In this document: one piece after another, positions 34,212-44,559 of the stretch | How positions within the stretch are numbered: position 1 is the stretch's first letter | Layout: every line of letters begins with the position of its first letter | Source: Veleropilina oligotropha | Taxonomy: Eukaryota | NCBI GenBank assembly: GCA_048128005.1 | Contig: JBEUKZ010000083.1 | Span: 1-64,000, forward strand | Reading direction: 5' to 3' | DNA: 64,000 nucleotides | Made by a program: the position numbers and the translations under genes | Notes under the pieces: model-generated | Told to the model about the DNA's origin: nothing | Database searches by the model: none | The model's input: the letters and a program-made list of their open reading frames with translations, nothing else

Positions 34212-34360
34212 GCACCTCTCAGGCCTATAGTGTCCAGCTGCGGGAGCATAACATACAACGCCGCCCGATACATTACAGACATCATCGGTCCGCTTGAGGG
34301 GAAGACAAAATACAGCGTCTCAAAGACCTCGTCGTTCCACCCGGACAGAAGCTCGTCTCC
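34212..34360 (+). pseudogene. Penelope-like retroelement RT fragment captured inside the virus
   Basis: APLRPIVSSCGSITYNAARYITDIIGPLEGKTKYSV, then after a deletion KDLVVPPGQKLVS, matching the PLRPIVS...LVS(F/Y)DV region of Penelope-type RTs. Confidence 0.75.
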
Positions 34361-34447
34361 TCCAGTCTCATGACGGTGAATTAGCTACTTTTTTTCCTGT
34401 TATACGGCGAACTATCACGTCTAGGCATCCGACCGACAAGGTCGGAA

Positions 34448-34498
34448 GCCATTAATGCCTACCAGGTATTCTGATGAGGCCTTATAGGCCGAAATGGC
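34448..34498 (+). ncRNA. Hammerhead ribozyme, type III topology
   Basis: GCCAU-U-AAUGCCU-acc-AGGUAUU-CUGAUGA-GGCCU-uau-AGGCC-GAAA-UGGC. All three stems pair and the core is intact; predicted cleavage after U34453 (AUU triplet). Confidence 0.85.
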
Positions 34499-34851
34499 CA
34501 TAGGTAAGTGTTTTAATTTAACCCCCTGGGCCGGCGAGGGTAGTGGTCCCTGGGGGCTCTATGTCGCTGTACACACAGTGACTTTTTGTAATACACGATT
34601 ATTCTAAAACGTCTACTCACCTCATGCAATGCATTTCAGTCGATTGACACACTCAACAACAATAGCTTGTATTTACATCGCCGCTTCTACCAAGGTCAAC
34701 TCGGGCGACGTAACTAGGCAACCAGGTAGTATTTGAATAGATTATCGATAGTCTATGCATAAGCTAACCTGGTTTTCGGACAGCCTTTCTGTACACACGG
34801 TAACTTTTTGTAATACAATCTATACCCCGCGCCCCCACATAAAAGGTATGG

Positions 34852-35126
34852 TCACCCCCCCTGCTACTGCTCGCATAACTGAGGAGCCCGGGCCGGCGAG
34901 GGTAGTGGGCCGTCCCTACGGGCTCTATGTCGCTGTACACACGGTAACTTTTTTGTAATACACGATATACCCTCAGTCCCAAAATATAGCTGGGAGCCTC
35001 CACAGTGGGCCCCGGGGCCCTAGTCTAAACTCCCCTACTGACTAGTCCGAGCTACACTGAGTTCTGAAATAGTGGTGGGAGCTTTATTTTCCCATTCTAA
35101 AAAGTCCAATCACCCCCCCTGCTGCT
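34852..35126 (-). repeat. Right terminal inverted repeat (275 bp)
   Basis: Inverted partner of 18355-18629, followed by the GAAGT TSD. Confidence 0.95.
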
Positions 35127-35312
35127 GAAGTATTCAAGTTTATAGTACTCGCATCCCATATGTTTGTTCTTTATGTTTTAGTCATTAATATGCAAATTGT
35201 TGTCTTTTATCGTTACAATCGATGAAAGCGCCTTCACAGTTGTGTGACATTATTTTCAGGGGAGCACTGCTTTTGCGTACACGATAGTAACTTACTTTAT
35301 TAATGATTTCAG

Positions 35313-35462
35313 GTGTGTCAATAAGAGAATCGTGCAATGCGACCGCGGTGGTGAGTGGGTGCCCGGAATTTGGGTCGTGTCTGTACCGGTCCTGCGACGG
35401 CCAGGTATGCGTGTGCGATAACGGGTATGGTCCGAGCCCGGATTCAACAATGTGCTTGCAAA
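35313..35462 (+). CDS. Host gene exon: Cys-rich EGF/EB-like repeat
   Basis: TTTCAG| ...VSIRESCNATAVVSGCPEFGSCLYRSCDGQVCVCDNGYGPSPDSTMCLQ |GTAAGT; phase 1-1. Confidence 0.85.
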
Positions 35463-36982
35463 GTAAGTATCGATATATACGACATTTGAGTCGCATATGA
35501 TTTCACTTTTTTATTTTTTCGCTGCCTTTAATAATTATCGCATGAATATATTAACAACATTTAACAAATTTAGGTAGGACCTAGGTTAACTATATTTTAT
35601 AGCCAGTCGTCAGATACCAATACAATATTCTGCATCGTGAAGCGCTCCCCAAAAGCTGTCGGGATTCGAGGCTAGCTGCTTTACTCTTTTAACTGTTTTA
35701 ATTTCAGCTGATTGTCAAAGTTGAACCATATATTTTTAATGTACACATCTTGAATTTACATATCCGGGTTTTTTTCCCTTTTCTCAATTTGTACATACAA
35801 TATTTTATCGGTATCATTATGATAATCGTATATTTGCTATATATTAGTAGTAATTAGTTAAGTGATGGCAACCAGGCATGCGTTACTGTCATTTCAAATT
35901 TGTGTCTAAACACGCTCGCATAAAATTATTGCCTATTAGTGTTTTGTTCAGAGAAAATCGCTATCGTTATAGGACTGCCCAGTTTGTTGTGTGGTCTCGG
36001 GTGCCGTCTCTGAAATCACTGGCTCGATTGCTCTAACTGACAGGAATGAGTTCGAATCTCGGATGGAGCATTAATATTTTGTGTCCAGTTTTCAATCGCA
36101 ATTGTCCGTAACTGGCCGGAGTGGATGATAATATGGACATGTCCTGCCTTGAGCCCGATGGTTGTATATGTACAGGATACTAAGCATCAATCTATCCATC
36201 CATCCATGCTAACTTTGTAACATTATTGGCCATATAGCGTTACAGACTGTTTCTTCCTTGGCCGCATATCTTCGTCTAGTGGTTTTGTTCTTGTCTAAAT
36301 TGTTCACGTTGTGATTTTGTCTTTCTTCTTCTACACTCTACTGGATGGCGATCTCGAATATATACTTCAAATACCTAGTTTAATAGCAGTATCAGAAAGG
36401 TCCAACATATTCGAGTCCCATGTGGCTTTATGAAACATATAATGTGGTCGATTTAAGTTCGGATCAAGCTAGGACGTCTCCTAATTCCCGTGTTCCCAAT
36501 ATGCCCATTATCTCTGGAACAAAATATACGGCTACATGTTTACGACATACTGTCCAACGATACTTCTTCTGCCCAACTAGCTTCTGTGAAACTCCCTGTA
36601 GCGCACTGTTACTCAATATATATCATAATCGATTATTAATTGGTCTACGTAAACACGTGATCAACCAAATCAGTGACGCAATATAATAATATTTTATTAA
36701 TATTCATAATATGGATTGCATCAGATATAAAGTGACGCAACATCAACTTAATATGGATCACATTGCACCAGATTCGTCTGCGACTGCGTTTGCTTTTGAC
36801 ACTGATTAGATTTACGTTACGGGAAACCCAACTGACCGCGAGTGCTGTCAGATACGGAGGCACTGGGTGCGTCTTGGTGGACAGCTTAAAACATTGTATA
36901 TTGGAATAATATTACAATGAATTAACTTACATGAGCTCTAGTGCTACACCTTTATAAAGCGAAAACGTTATATATGTTTTAG

Positions 36983-37183
36983 TTGCCGAACTTGACCGGC
37001 CTTGTGATGACCCAAACGTGGCGTGCAGAGGTAGATCTACCGTTTGCTCATCCGGAACGTGCAGCTGTATGCTAGGTTATATCCCGAATGAGATGAACAC
37101 GAAATGCAAGAGAGAAACAAAATTTGGGAAGTCGTACGCGCTTCTTGGTGAATCTTGTGATGAAGCAACCGCATCGCCAACAG
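36983..37183 (+). CDS. Host gene exon: Cys-rich repeat
   Basis: TTTTAG| AELDRPCDDPNVACRGRSTVCSSGTCSCMLGYIPNEMNTKCKR...LLGESCDEATASPT |GTAAAT; phase 1-1. Confidence 0.85.
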
Positions 37184-38220
37184 GTAAATGAGCATTGAAA
37201 TTCAGATCAATTGGAATTTTTCAGGGGATATTTCACTACCATCTCTCATATTTGACCCACACCTAAAACTTGTCATAATATTGCCGTTGTAACGCCCGTT
37301 ACCGGAGCGTTTTTCCCTATGTACTGGCTAATTGAAAATCTTTCGTGTCAAACCTTAGTTGAAAGACTTTCGTATTGCTATCTACAGCACACTATAAGAC
37401 GTTACTCAAAGACGCGGTGAGTTTTTTGAATGATCCATAATTCGCACACGGTGCTGCAATGACATGTGACCGCATAATATATGAATAGCTCGGGTTTCAT
37501 TCAGTGATAAAACTTTCAAACGGTGCGACATATTTCGACTTTATATGAAAGCATTCAATTTTAAATGCAACAACAATCCATCTCATGCATTTGACTAATA
37601 AAGTAAATCCTATATAAACATGGAAATTTATGCGTGCTTAAATTTAAAAATGTATTCTTAGAAATTATTCAATTGAATCGATGTTTAACGACCACGCCAA
37701 TAGTATTTCAGTCATAATCGGGTCAAATTACTTTTACTGTGACAATAATAATAGCCCCAGCAGCATATTCAGATCCTTATCAATTCGATGCGTTGATAAT
37801 GCATTGCTGTCATGATTGCACAAGGAGATCATACTCGGTATTGACAGATTAAAACACATTCCACTTTTCACCATACCATTTAATTATCGATTTATCAACA
37901 CTTTTAAATGGAATTAGAGAAAAAGATCCAGTTTCGATAATATATGAAATGACATATTTAGAAAATATTCATAAAATTTCCTTAAATTTCTACAAATAAT
38001 AAAGTGATATAAAGTTACTTTCATGTGCCGTTAGTCGTTTGGATCAGTATAGGCCTATGTTTAATTGTTAGGACTGTACCACAAGTAAATTTAATACACT
38101 CGGGTGCAAGCTCCGCTAGTTATAACATGTAAAACAAGATCAATTGTCTTTAACTCGGCTGTAAAAACATTTATAAGGTTGAGGTTCTGAACGCAATGTT
38201 TGCCAGCGATAGCTGCTCCT

Positions 38221-38398
38221 CACACACACGCACGCACGCACGCACGCACACATACACACACACACACACGCGCGCGCACACACACGCACACACACGCACA
38301 CACACGCACGCACACACACACACACACACACACGCTCACACACACACGCACGCACGCACACACGCACGCACGCACACACACACACACGCACGCACACA
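38221..38398. repeat. Compound (CA)n/(CACG)n microsatellite
   Basis: Directly visible. Confidence 0.95.
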
Positions 38399-38509
38399 TA
38401 TCCTCTTAACTGTCAGTGTATAATCCTATGCGATAGTACATTGCAATAATTATTTTAAATTAACAATGTCATAGATATTTTGTGTATCGACAAAATATTT
38501 TTATTCCAG

Positions 38510-38647
38510 TGTGCATGGAGTCTGGAGAACAAAGCTGTGTCAATAATGTGTGCATGTGCAACGACGGGACTCGCCCGGGAACGCAACAGGAACTGGACGC
38601 GTACCCCTTCGATTCGTTAGAGTGCAGACCCAATGGCTTCGATGAAT
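38510..38647 (+). CDS. Host gene exon: Cys-rich repeat
   Basis: TTCCAG| CMESGEQSCVNNVCMCNDGTRPGTQQELDAYPFDSLECRPNGFDE |GTGCGT; phase 1-1. Confidence 0.8.
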
Positions 38648-38892
38648 GTGCGTGGACAAACATATAGATAATTTCAAACTTTCAGAAATCAGTTAGGACA
38701 GTTTCACGCATACGCCGAACCGAATCCGAACCGAAACCGAATAAAAATAGAATCTACAGAAATGTACTGGAGCTTTCACACATACACCCGAAGCGAAACC
38801 GTAAACGGGGCCGAATTCGGTGCACGATTTCAATTTCCTGATTCGATGACAATATTCTGTGACACATACGCCGAACCGAATGATCATATTAT

Positions 38893-40061
38893 TAAACAAG
38901 AACGACGCGTTCGGAATATGTCTTGACTTTTCTTTATTTCCGTCAATTTTTCAGAACAGTTATAACGTTACAATGGCGAAGTGTACGTACTACAAAACTT
39001 TACCACCCCGTCGATTGTGACGTCACTCACTGACGATTGCTCTAAAGCGTCACCGTAATGACGTCATTGCATTTTACTAGATATTTGACATACGTTATAT
39101 AGCATATATGCATAAAAGTGCCCAATAAATGCATATTTTTGCAATAATGTTCGCGAAAGTTATATACACGACATACTAATACTCGTGGGAATGTGTGTAT
39201 ATATGTATATATATATGTATATTATAAGTTGTCGGACGACGTCGAGGTAAATACAGTGGATTGAGTACCGAATAACGTTAAACCACGAGGCGCTAGCGCC
39301 GAGTGGCTTAACGATATGATGTATTCAATCCAACGTATTTACCAAGACGTTGTTCGACAACGTATTTATCTTGATTTTATGTTGAATTAACTTGATTTAT
39401 TACCATGATGTTTGATTAACAGAGTGCCGATTTCGTTATTTATGACCATAGCAGTCATTTTCAAAACAATGGACGGTTTCAGTAAGGCCGAGTTATTTCC
39501 CTTGACGCCCAGTTAGCCAATCAGAACAGAGGAATGACGTCACCGTTGTATAAGAGTCCATAAGCAACGGCTGCGCGGTGTTTACGGTCAGCTAACAAAA
39601 TGACGTCAACCAATCAGAACAGAGAATTGGCGGCGAAATCAAGATTAATGTATATATACACACGGACCATTTGATAATGTCTTGTCCATTTTTACAAAAA
39701 GATCAAGATATAAACAAGAACGACGCGTTCGAAATATGTCTTGACCTTTCTTTATTTCTAATTTTCATAACAGTTATAACGTTACAATGGCTAAGTGCAA
39801 GTACTTCATGGTTTAATTTACTACCCCGTCGAATGTGACGTCACCAAATGACGATTAATCTAAAGCGACGTCGTAATGACGTCATTGCTATTTGCTTGCA
39901 ATATTAGACATATGTTATATACAAATATGGATAAAAGTGCTCAATAAATGAATATTTTTGCAAAATTGTGTCGCGAAAGTTATATACACGACCTACAAAT
40001 ACTCTTCGGAATGTGTGTACCAATTTTGGTGAAAATTGAGAGGGAGGTTTTCAAATAAATC

Positions 40062-40135
<74 letters not shown>

Positions 40136-40205
40136 TATATAAGTGTATACACACGGACCATTTGATAATGTCTTGTCCTTTTTTACAAAAAGGTCAAGAC
40201 ATAAA
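38893..40205. repeat. Two diverged tandem copies of a non-autonomous element, with a nested insertion and a (TA)n tract
   Basis: AAACAAGAACGACGCGTTCG..ATATGTCTTGAC starts at ~38893 and ~39712. Both copies end ...GGACCATTTGATAATGTCTTGTCC. (TA)n at 40066-40131. Confidence 0.7.
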
Positions 40206-40794
40206 AACAAGGGATGTTTGGGTGTGACGGGTATATGAAACCTAAACAAAATGTCGTCAAAATGATCTGCACTCGTTGCACCCATACACGTCTTGCACGT
40301 TGCCTACTTCTCAGAAACACATACCCTAGCATCTCATCATCGCAACTTTCGTATGCATGAACCATATTGCACTAGTTTTAATGAAGTAAAGCAATGATAC
40401 GGTACGAAATCGGTGTTATGTGCGAAAGCACCACCGAAACCGATTCGGTTTCCGGTTTTTGTTAAGATTCTGTTCTGCCTTTGAAAAAACGGACTTTATG
40501 CTTCTATTAGTTACATAGCCATATAGGCCTTATCTAGCACGCACACACAATACAAAGTAACACACACTGTTGCAAGAAAACACAAAAGCACGGACATCGC
40601 CGGGAAATTATATATGCAAGCTAAATTTCACCAATTCTGTTCCGTATTCGAGGCTATGATAGCCATGAACTTACATCGTTTTCAAGTTGCTTAATTGATT
40701 TGTTTATACCGGTCATAGATTATCGATTGTTGACATACACTAATGAATGATTATCTTATAAAACTGAATTTACATTTACATTTTATTTAAATAG

Positions 40795-40839
40795 CCACTG
40801 TCATTGATCCAGAAGAATGCCCATCGGGAGAGGAACCTT
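40795..40839 (+). CDS. Host gene mini-exon (linker)
   Basis: AATAG| TVIDPEECPSGEEP |GTAAGT; 45 nt, phase 1-1. Confidence 0.65.
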
Positions 40840-41383
40840 GTAAGTTGATTTTTATTTTTTCCGGCATGTAGGCTACAGTTTATCTCATTTTAAGTACATA
40901 TTTTTTCTTTTATTTGTTTATAATATAGCGACGGAATTAACAGTGATGCCTAATAGAAAATGTTCAACTAGGACAATTTAAATTTTGCTTTTGTTTGAAC
41001 CGATTCTTAGGCTAAGCACTCATATGCGTTCTAAAAGCGTAAAGCGTATTGAAAGACCCCTTGAGTCCGCATAAAAGGTCTACGAGATGCGTGAACTTCT
41101 ATTCACGGCAAAGATTTAAATTTAAAAACTTCATTTTCAAAGAGAATATAGATAGTATCCAATTAACAAATTTTCTTTTATATATTTAGTTCCTCAGTAT
41201 TGTGCTGGTTTACCCACACATGGATCACTCCAATATTGATTTCGGTACATTTCGTTTTATACGCTTTACGCTTCACGCGCACATGGTTGCGAATGCCTTT
41301 AATGTCTCATCCATCAACATTCAATGTCATTTCATCGCCGGTGACCCCTCGCCTATTTGCCTCTTTCGCACTTTCTGCTACAG

Positions 41384-41527
41384 CACAGCAGGTGAATATT
41401 GAAGAGGTGTGTCTTCATAACAACAACTGTCCCAATAATGCCGAGTGTGTCACGGAATGTTCCGAAGATAAATGCAGATGTAACCTGGGATATATCCCGA
41501 CTGCCGACAACAACTCATGCTTGAAAG
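41384..41527 (+). CDS. Host gene exon: Cys-rich repeat
   Basis: CTACAG| QQVNIEEVCLHNNNCPNNAECVTECSEDKCRCNLGYIPTADNNSCLK |GTATGC. Confidence 0.85.
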
Positions 41528-41766
41528 GTATGCGAAGTAGGCCCACTGTAAAAGTAGATCACAGATACTTGTGAACATGATATTGTTTAATAAATAAATA
41601 CACATTAAATATACATTATCTTGGTTACGCGTGGATCTATATCTATGTCAAAGCGTCGCCGTATTTTATTTGCGTTATTTTCTACTAATTTATCTATTAT
41701 AACACCTGATAAATGATTCAGAATTATTCATGGCCACATGTGAATTTTGACGCGTTTCTTTTCCAG

Positions 41767-42105
41767 TTGCCAGAATTGAATCTTCGTGTGATGATGGATC
41801 AACGGTCTGCGCTGATGGAGCGTCCGCTTGCACGGCCGGCGTCTGCAAATGTTCTAGTCCGTACGCAGTTGATGCAGCAGCGTTCAATGACGCAAACGAT
41901 TTAGCCTGCAAATTGAACATCCCAGTTCCTTCATTTGGCGGGTTAGATGTGCTGTGCGACGGATTTTTGGAGCTATGCTCACCAAATCTTCAATGTCTAG
42001 CAGCCGGGGAACAGGAAAAGCGATGTCAATGTCAGACTGGCACTTCGTACATTTCATCCGAATTCAGGCTGCGGAATCCAAAACTTTTGGGACTGTGCCA
42101 AAAAG
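41767..42105 (+). CDS. Host gene exon: two Cys-rich repeats
   Basis: TTCCAG| ARIESSCDDGSTVCADGASACTAGVCKCSSPY...CDGFLELCSPNLQC...RCQCQTG...LGLCQK |GTAATC; 339 nt. Confidence 0.85.
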
Positions 42106-44559
42106 GTAATCTCGCTAATGATTGTCTTCGCAAATAGAGAATTTCAAACGAGTTTCCATTTCATATGATACTTATGAAACGAGTCGGGCACAATTTATGT
42201 ACCGAGCCTTGGCGAGGTACATACATTTGCTGACGAGTTTCATAATTCTTATATGAAATGGAAACGAGTTTGCGATCTACTTTATCACATGATTTATTTG
42301 ACTCTAAACTTATTTTTTACGTTATTAACCTCATTTCTTTACGTTTTTAAACTCATTTCTATCAGTACTTTCAGTAATAAAACGGCATGCCTCAGACGAA
42401 TCACGCCTCGACAGCACGTGCCGCGCCAAAATACATACGTACGCCAATAAAAAATAGTTCCAAATCTGTGTTTGGCAGCAGACGACGAGTCAACGCCAAA
42501 TTCGTACCAGATGCGACTAGATAGCATCATGCTCGTCCTCATTTGCATATTTATTACACGTGTGATTCATATGGAAAATATGAAACGGGTTCTGCCGTTT
42601 CATCACAGGTTTGTCATATGATAATGTCATATATTGATCACGAAATCCTAACCAATTTTCATCGATGGACATCTCAATTCAGGCAAAGGAAAATAAAAAA
42701 TAGATTTATTGGTTTATAATTGATAATGGAACGTTATTTCCATATTTCGATTCCTGTTTCGCAATGATGAGAAAATAAGCAACGCAGTGGTCGCCTGGAA
42801 GCTTTGATTGGTGGTGAATCTTTATGGACATATTCATATTAACGCGAGAGAAAGCCCGTTAGTGTATGCCGTTATGTTGCAATTAATAGAGAAGTGAACG
42901 TTTCATATAGAATCTTGTAACTAGTGTTTATTGATGTCTTTAGATCACATAGGACTCAAAATCACCTGTTTCCAAATTTTTAATTTATGTCTAGGGGACA
43001 AAATCCAAGATGGCGGCCAGGTTATACCAAAAAATCAAGAATTTGCTATGCTTGAACCATTTTATTCAATATATGTATTATTCTAGCTTAATATGGAAAT
43101 GCTTTTGATTACAAAACATTTTAATATACCTAGGCTTATGCAAATCACACTGTCGATAGTATTTTCATGCATATCTATTGTCTAAATCCAAGATGGCGTC
43201 CACCAATAATCGAAAAATATCAGGACATCGTTATTTCTGAATCATTTATTCACATATATGTGTAATGATAATAATTTATTTTAGAATAATATTACAACAC
43301 AATATCTACATAGCTTTGTTAGTTTTTTGTCTTCAATGTTTTAGTTAATGTTCATCAACTAAATCCAAGATGGCGACCATCGTATACCAAAAAATCAAGA
43401 TATCGTTAGGTCTGATCCCTTTATTACAATTATGTACAAGTACAGTGTTAATCTACCTCTGTAACTTTATCTAGGCATGTTATGTGTTTAAGTAATAGAT
43501 AATACAATGCCATCCCGAGCATTATATGCACAAAACAGGCCGAGTGAGAACGTTATGTTTATAACGCCAAAGGTGGCAGCTGTATTATCTGTTATACACA
43601 CCGTGGAAATCTATTGTAAATTGCAAGCTATAACCCCTTAAAACATTCAATTGCCCACCATATCGCCTCTAGAGCTTGATATGAGAAAATCGACTCTTCC
43701 TTTGGTTGACAAAACCGGCCGTATGCTGAACATACTGGATTCCAGCCCAAATAAGCATCGCCAACACTATATATAATTCAATTCAATTCACTTTATTCAG
43801 CCAGTACAAATAATTGCATGTTGTATTTACATATATGCTTTGATACAAGGCTCGGAGATCTATCTATGAAACCCTTTCGGGCTTGTAGCTCGATAGACCA
43901 CCGCTAAGAAATAAAGAAAATTTATACAAGACAGGAAAAAGCTATGAGACATCCAACTGATGTGGCACGCAGCGCAAACCGTTCAATACAGCATATAAAA
44001 TGATGGATCTTACATGAAGTTGACCAACTTTGTCACCAAGCGGATAATGCCATCGGTAGTGAAACACTGTGTGTTTGACAAAGCGGTACGGGGAAGTACG
44101 GCACTTGAAAAATATGTTTATGAGAGGGTTAATGGAAAGAACATGTGGGAACCGTCCAAAGATCAAGTGTCTGACTTGGAAAGGTGAATGCAAATGTATC
44201 AGAATGAAGGCGTCCTCCAAAGTATTCGGCTTGAAAGAACACACTCTATGTTCGTTCGCCTGCTCCACGTTTTAAGTTTTCAAGAGAACTGGACATGCAG
44301 GAAATTGTGGTAGCACATGAATTTGTCAATTACAATGCAAGCCTAATAATGCCGCTACAAAAAAGTCAACCCTCATTCATGAACTGTGAGGTGTGGTGTC
44401 GGGTGTCGGGAACCACTGAAGATTCCATATACAGTAGGCGCCGAGTAGCATACGTCAACCAGCAAATGTCCTCACCAGCATCGTCATCATTGCCGTAGTG
44501 CTGGATATGGTTGTTTGTAAAGGTGACATAAAGTGTTGACGAGACCTGTCAGAATGTTT

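Larger units (their letters stand above)
18355..35126. mobile_element. Complete endogenous Polinton/Maverick-like dsDNA virus (16,772 bp)
   Basis: 5'-AGCAGCAGGGGGGGTGA...TCACCCCCCCTGCTGCT-3' ends with a GAAGT TSD (18350-18354 / 35127-35131). The interior is GC-rich and gene-dense, with PolB-like, integrase, A32-like ATPase and two capsid-like genes. Confidence 0.95.

Noticed and set aside
38140..38423. VC- and HT-rich ORFs
   Set aside because: Translations of the CA/CG microsatellite.
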